In this document: positions 60,101 through 64,000 of the stretch, one piece after another
Layout of the letters: each line of letters begins with the position of its first letter
Position numbering within the stretch: position 1 is the stretch's first letter
NCBI GenBank assembly: GCA_009859145.1
Contig: VRVR01000065.1
Location: forward strand, 13,253 to 77,252
Source of the DNA: Andalucia godoyi And28
Lineage: Eukaryota > Protista > Jakobida
Direction of reading: 5' to 3'
Length of the DNA: 64,000 nucleotides
The notes under the pieces: generated by a model
What the model saw: only the letters and a program-made list of their open reading frames with translations
What the model was told of the DNA's origin: nothing
Database searches by the model: none
Made by a program: the position numbers and the translations under genes

Positions 60101-62606
60101 CATCATTTCTCCAATAATTGTTGACAGATACTGCGTGTTCCTCGTCAAGCACAACTTTGAGCAATCCACGGTACGCAGAAAGGAGTCCAGGAATCGTCAG
60201 TTGGATAAATTCAATCTCTGTTGAAGACAGGAAGAATGGGAGCCCCAAAGATCGATACATGAGCGCAAGCATTCCAATAGGACGCCGAAGACGGGAAGCT
60301 GCTTCCAGTGGCAGTGTTGCTGCATCTGCATCGCTGTTTTGCGAAACGCTGTGGTCCGAAATGGAATCACCAATAAATTGTGTCGTGACCGGAGAACGTA
60401 TTATAACCCGAGATATTGCAAACAATGCAATAACCAAGGCGATGGACACAAACAATGTAACCAGTATCGCCATACGCATTCCCCAAATTGTCGATGAATT
60501 CCGGTTCATGACAGCGGACCGCAAACCTTTCAGTCGTCTCGACTCAGAAGAGCCACCGGACGAGTTGTTCACTGATTCCGAAGAGCCTGTCGGATCTACG
60601 CTCTCGTCGTCGCCTCGTGTTTCTGGCGAGGATGGATTCGGGGATCTCCCTTGTGGATCGGCAGCGAGAGCGCCTGCATTCGACCGACCTTGACTCGGCG
60701 CAGAAGAAACGCCTCGCGATGGAAGAGAACCATTGTTATGCGGAACAGGAGCTTCAATAGTGACGTTGGACGGCCGGCACGGTCTACCAGCATTGAATTG
60801 TCTACTGCCTCCTCGGGACAGACGAGCAAGATGGTCTTCGAGCGTATCCGCTTGAATGAGCAACCTTGCGGCGACCTCCGTATTATGCTCAACGTCATCC
60901 AACCATCGTGCGCGGCAGCGCAACATCTCCGGTGTCACCATTGGAATGCGCTGCAGTCGCTGAATGATCACAGACCCCTTGTTCTCCAGGGACTCGATGT
61001 ACGCCAGGATGCCCCATAATCGAGACAAATCAAACGAGTCCTCCCAGGCGTGCTTCGTCCACTTGTGAAAGAAGCCGTGTTTTGATAGAAACATCTTTGT
61101 TCGCCACTCCACCTCGGAGTGGGATGTGGTGTTCATGATCTCTTTCCAGAATATGGCGATACCTGCAATGATGTCGCGACGAATGCGATCGAGCGCATTG
61201 ATCTCGGTGCGGATGTGGTGCAGGCCGACGCTGCCATCGGGGCCGACTACTTCCATTGTCGAACGCAAGAGCGTAAGACCATGGAAAAACTCAAAGGTTG
61301 TAGACGTGGACCAGAGAGACGTCACCTTTTGCATGAAGGCAAGTCTCACTATGGCTGATGGTAGATTCCAGGCGAAAGCACGACCAACAGAAAGGCTCAG
61401 CGAATGCCGCATCATACAATACTGACCTGCTAAGAAAGATGACAGCGGGAAGATATCGAGAGCAGCGTCGAATAACTGCAAAACCTCTTGAGCTTGATCG
61501 GATGACACAGTGACCATCTGCGATCGTATGCAAAACGGGAATGAGTGATTCTTGGATAAGTGCAATCTGCTGCGGACCATGTTTCGCAAGATCAGATGGC
61601 AGACCAAAGCATTTGGAGCCTGTGACAACGCATACAGGTCGCGTTCAAATACACCAGACTCTGAAACTGGAGCGGCCAGTCCCGTTTGTTTGTTCGTGAA
61701 GGGGATATGGCGACGACAGCACACGGCCGTAAGAGCCCATAGGAGAAAGAAACAGCACACCGCCACGGGAACAATAATCGCAGCAGAGCGGGTGGAAGAA
61801 GCCTCCATGCCATTCATTAAGAAGATAACAACAAAGGGGTATATTGCGAGAAGGTTGCCTTCCTGCGTGTTCCACGGAAGCACGTACAACCCCGCACCAA
61901 GGATGAGCACGCAAATCACAGAAGAAGTGATGTAAAAGATGATCCTTTGCCCGACGGCTATGGACAAGAAATCAAGGAGGAAAATCAGACCTTCAAGCAA
62001 GAATAGCGCAAATGGAAAGTATCCGGCAGACACGGACTGGATAGCGAAGCTCAGAGGCGCGGTTAGGGTGCAGAAAAGCGACATGTACAACCCATACGTG
62101 AAGAACGTCCAACCGATGTGCACAAACAAAATGACGCATTCCGGACTTCCAATCCACGAGGAGGCGACATCATTTGCATCCAAGGCATACGCTCTGAGCA
62201 TCAGATACTGAATGGGCATTGTGGACAATATGCACCAAGACAGCCAGCGCACCACATGATCTTGCAGAGACGTTCCAGAGTCCCCTTGCGCAAGTCGCGC
62301 ATAGACAACGAAGAACAAGAACAGGGAAATGAAGGAGACGACAAATAATACCCAAGTTATTGCAGTCGCCGCACTGGACCCCCTCATGGATGTCCGCATG
62401 TCGTCACGAAAAAACCAAGAAAAGCCAAATACACTCATTGACAGCGACCACAACAAATGCGCAGTTGCGGGTTGCCACAGATACTGTTTTAAAAGAGATC
62501 CTGTCGCAAACACATTCACAAAGTTTGCACTGAGTAGTGAAAAGGTGGCCTTCGAGGAATTGACGTCTTCCCCATCGCTGTCATCGCCAGCTGCTGACAG
62601 TGGCAT
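57177..62606 (-). CDS. Multi-pass membrane PAS-domain class III adenylyl cyclase (TmcB/TmcC-like N-terminus)
   Basis: 1809 aa with many TM segments and a PAS-like region (NMKFLRMFRHTEFDVLGSPLEDFF). Cyclase motifs FVDIVGFS, KVKIIGDCW, RCGVHTGPVVSGV and YDIYGFSVNYAARLE; the Lys and Asp specificity residues indicate ATP. Confidence 0.93.
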   Translation of the reverse strand: MPLSAAGDDSDGEDVNSSKATFSLLSANFVNVFATGSLLKQYLWQPATAHLLWSLSMSVFGFSWFFRDDMRTSMRGSSAATAITWVLFVVSFISLFLFFVVYARLAQGDSGTSLQDHVVRWLSWCILSTMPIQYLMLRAYALDANDVASSWIGSPECVILFVHIGWTFFTYGLYMSLFCTLTAPLSFAIQSVSAGYFPFALFLLEGLIFLLDFLSIAVGQRIIFYITSSVICVLILGAGLYVLPWNTQEGNLLAIYPFVVIFLMNGMEASSTRSAAIIVPVAVCCFFLLWALTAVCCRRHIPFTNKQTGLAAPVSESGVFERDLYALSQAPNALVCHLILRNMVRSRLHLSKNHSFPFCIRSQMVTVSSDQAQEVLQLFDAALDIFPLSSFLAGQYCMMRHSLSLSVGRAFAWNLPSAIVRLAFMQKVTSLWSTSTTFEFFHGLTLLRSTMEVVGPDGSVGLHHIRTEINALDRIRRDIIAGIAIFWKEIMNTTSHSEVEWRTKMFLSKHGFFHKWTKHAWEDSFDLSRLWGILAYIESLENKGSVIIQRLQRIPMVTPEMLRCRARWLDDVEHNTEVAARLLIQADTLEDHLARLSRGGSRQFNAGRPCRPSNVTIEAPVPHNNGSLPSRGVSSAPSQGRSNAGALAADPQGRSPNPSSPETRGDDESVDPTGSSESVNNSSGGSSESRRLKGLRSAVMNRNSSTIWGMRMAILVTLFVSIALVIALFAISRVIIRSPVTTQFIGDSISDHSVSQNSDADAATLPLEAASRLRRPIGMLALMYRSLGLPFFLSSTEIEFIQLTIPGLLSAYRGLLKVVLDEEHAVSVNNYWRNDVATDMSFFVEIPFSPSNRSVQNITISSNYAHVFSTITMSSVLRAYEPVLQQVVECSQDPAMFGSQYYANTSYPLSNLRNICVESLLSGWFNSLVTAWNAAQSSVPHYQKETESYVDGLFDIVLTCSLCAFCITFACLVFIIIPFLVKTYNDQKRMMFLNLDFDKYALSEEHARIVRDLSTEDINSGSRRKGSTEGIRLHTNTLRIKKLDETDPNFVHAAESHLSALSASVVATKLGTHRYLYAGLLIGSAMLIIMLYCQVFTLVLFLNVSDTRKAIYELEYITSIQGLFSRAVGSAIELFPISYPTVLKIGFPQFPESLLAPLYILTSQQLSSQALQNWANLVSGDGSHTDGIPGYSDEIRDALFTPRSASLYPVYFPDNAARSLAADVSTVYDDVVSMITTGVDESVLWTVYKSRLQPLLFSIIPEKMDTVYRLLVSYYSNRSDAYVTVVNVFFAVSFIGFLLIYLFCFHNALRHLERRELQMRKILCSLSLDTLYSNPREVSFMSSGTLVSSKALRTKKTRESMSSSASQYSSEEDEVQSRSETKSGVTFSGKSDPKADFKYISHFPMLTGPKWSIRTMPAAFCQIVGVHNTKTKADVRFVVRDSNMKFLRMFRHTEFDVLGSPLEDFFIRDDAFVDFDRFLSQTDPSEAYTGSREFRLHGQRGSRNRSSSSTNLSLGESSSSERTGKSKEPGVFPCAVTVVSNGAELHRRGRIIYDVYIRDISKELTNRALLEAEKQKSTDLLLNMMPAPIVDRLKRNERPIAFAHTNVSCIFVDIVGFSTICQNRIAEGPGAIVSLLDNLYTRFDIAADSFCVFKVKIIGDCWFGATGLRFSNLYGSHHERDLDVRKDALAAVQFCLEVIRIVNEFGMHVRCGVHTGPVVSGVISKNRYLYDIYGFSVNYAARLEQACPKIDGVHLSRETCELISPWYQFSSVNSLFKGHESAVTYLLGPEREVPEDFGAAAYDLSHQEF

Positions 62607-62731
62607 TGACGATCCAGTACAATATCCAATTTAAAGGGCAGGTGGGTGGGTTCTTACCGCTGCACTGTGGTATGCGCTATATTGATAAGAAGAATTGCAG
62701 AATTTACATAGAATGCGGAATGGACAGGGAG

Positions 62732-63295
62732 TCAGCGCAGGGCGGAAGAAAATGAAGAGACCCAAGATACGGAAAAGACGGGAAAAAACACAACAGCGGG
62801 AATTTCGGGCTTTGTCTTCCGAAAATGCGAACCGGAGCGACCAGCAAACTGGCTTGAACATCTGATCAGATTCATACCAGGATCTGCGAGGACGACTGGA
62901 TGTGCAGGGACGATCCAAAACTTTGAGGCCGACTTGACAATGGCTCTCATCCGCATCCAGATGTGGGACATCGCGATGCAACAAAACTCTCCTTGTTGGA
63001 CGTTCATAAGAATCCCAACAGTTAAGCCAAAGTCCACACAAACTCCAAAATTATACGTGTCAAATGCTCGACTTTTTCCTCTCTTCTCCAAAATCTGCCA
63101 GTGTCTTCTGCTGGTAAATGAATCTAGAGGGAAAGTTCTCCAGTCTTCCGTTTCTGTGACTTTGCTCAGAACTTTGCTGCTGCGAGCACTTGCCCTGTGA
63201 GGGACGCTGCCTTTTACGCTGCAGTCACCTGCATTCAGAACGACGGGCGGATTTGAAAATACATCGGAAATGCAAAACGACTTGATTTTCCCCAC
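62732..63295 (-). CDS. Hypothetical protein (possibly part of a disrupted gene continuing to the right)
   Basis: 187-aa ORF; no family recognised. Confidence 0.3.
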   Translation of the reverse strand: MGKIKSFCISDVFSNPPVVLNAGDCSVKGSVPHRASARSSKVLSKVTETEDWRTFPLDSFTSRRHWQILEKRGKSRAFDTYNFGVCVDFGLTVGILMNVQQGEFCCIAMSHIWMRMRAIVKSASKFWIVPAHPVVLADPGMNLIRCSSQFAGRSGSHFRKTKPEIPAVVFFPVFSVSWVSSFSSALR

Positions 63296-63315
63296 CTGCT
63301 ACATCCTCTGTGCGA

Positions 63316-63336
63316 AGAGAGAGAGAGAGAGAGAGA
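63316..63336. repeat. (AG)n microsatellite
   Basis: About 10 AG units, read directly. Confidence 0.9.
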
Positions 63337-64000
63337 AATGGCAGCCGGCGTCCGCTACCTGGAATGCACCGGTGGTAGCAGCGCGTGATGTCCTCCGAAG
63401 GAGTAGAGTATTGTCAACACTCCGCCGATTATGAGCAATGTAAAATGCAGTGTTCGCAACGATGAATACTGTTCCTTTGAGCGAAGCTTCCAGTGTCCAT
63501 TTTGAGAGGTATCGCACCCAAGATGGTAACTCGAATCTTCCATTTCGTATCTTGCAAGTGCGCGGAGCTCGCTAGCGGAAAACAAAGCAGTCCGAGCTGC
63601 TCATTCATAGTCCGAACTCCCTGAAGTGTGGTTGGGCATCTGATCGTACCTTCGTTACTTCAATCGGAATTGCCTCCGCCATGCAGGATCTACAATCAGC
63701 CGAAGCTGACAGCTTCAACATTTTTGAGCACTTTCGCCTCCGTTGTTGACCTCAATGGGAATTCTGTGTCATCAAGCATATCCAGACGCTTGATCCTGCA
63801 GAACTGCCTCGTTTGGGTGGGCGCACAACCACTCGATTTTTTGTATCTTCCACAAATGTTTTTCTTTTCCGAGTTCTGTGGCATGTTTTTCGTCTTTCTG
63901 TATTCTGCGATCTGCTGTTGACCAACATGACATCCAGTAGACGTGATGACAATGAGGAACAAGTATCTGCGGTGACTTTCGAAAATCCGTGGGATCTTAT

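Noticed and set aside
1-64000. Alternative genetic code (TAR=Gln/Glu or TGA=Trp) as the cause of the many in-frame stops
   Set aside because: ORFs of 943-1809 codons contain many Gln, Glu and Trp codons with no internal TAA, TAG or TGA, and they end in all three stops.

Overview
Gene-dense, intron-poor eukaryotic (protist-like) nuclear DNA in the standard genetic code; several 1.9-5.4 kb ORFs are uninterrupted. All family assignments below come from motifs read by eye, not from database searches. The window has four zones. (1) 0.5-16 kb is a possible immunity/cell-death cluster: a CYLD-like USP fragment carrying a Tc1 (DD34E) insertion, a helical-bundle/Cbl-EF-hand/SPRY gene, a broken kinase-KEN RNase gene, a kinase-TPR gene, and a divergently transcribed intact kinase-KEN (IRE1/RNase L-like) gene with no membrane anchor. 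(2) 16-36 kb looks like a decayed or domesticated replication module of viral or mobile origin. It has three tandem genes with long disordered N-termini fused to disrupted PCNA/Rad9-like clamp folds, a ResIII-like SF2 helicase, two mutually inverted AT-rich hairpins with copy-specific near-perfect stems, an intact 979-aa D5-like primase-helicase with dead active sites, a cyclin-like pseudogene and a degenerate GIY-YIG-like ORF. (3) 36-43 kb holds decayed ORFs, a Myb gene and an orphan 5' fragment of an adenylyl cyclase paralog. (4) 43-64 kb holds ordinary host genes: an alkaline-phosphatase-family enzyme, a NIP-like aquaporin, a GPI-anchored protein, Zn2Cys6 and p53-fold-like transcription factors, an alpha/beta hydrolase and a 1809-aa multi-TM PAS adenylyl cyclase. 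No rRNA, tRNA or CRISPR array was seen.
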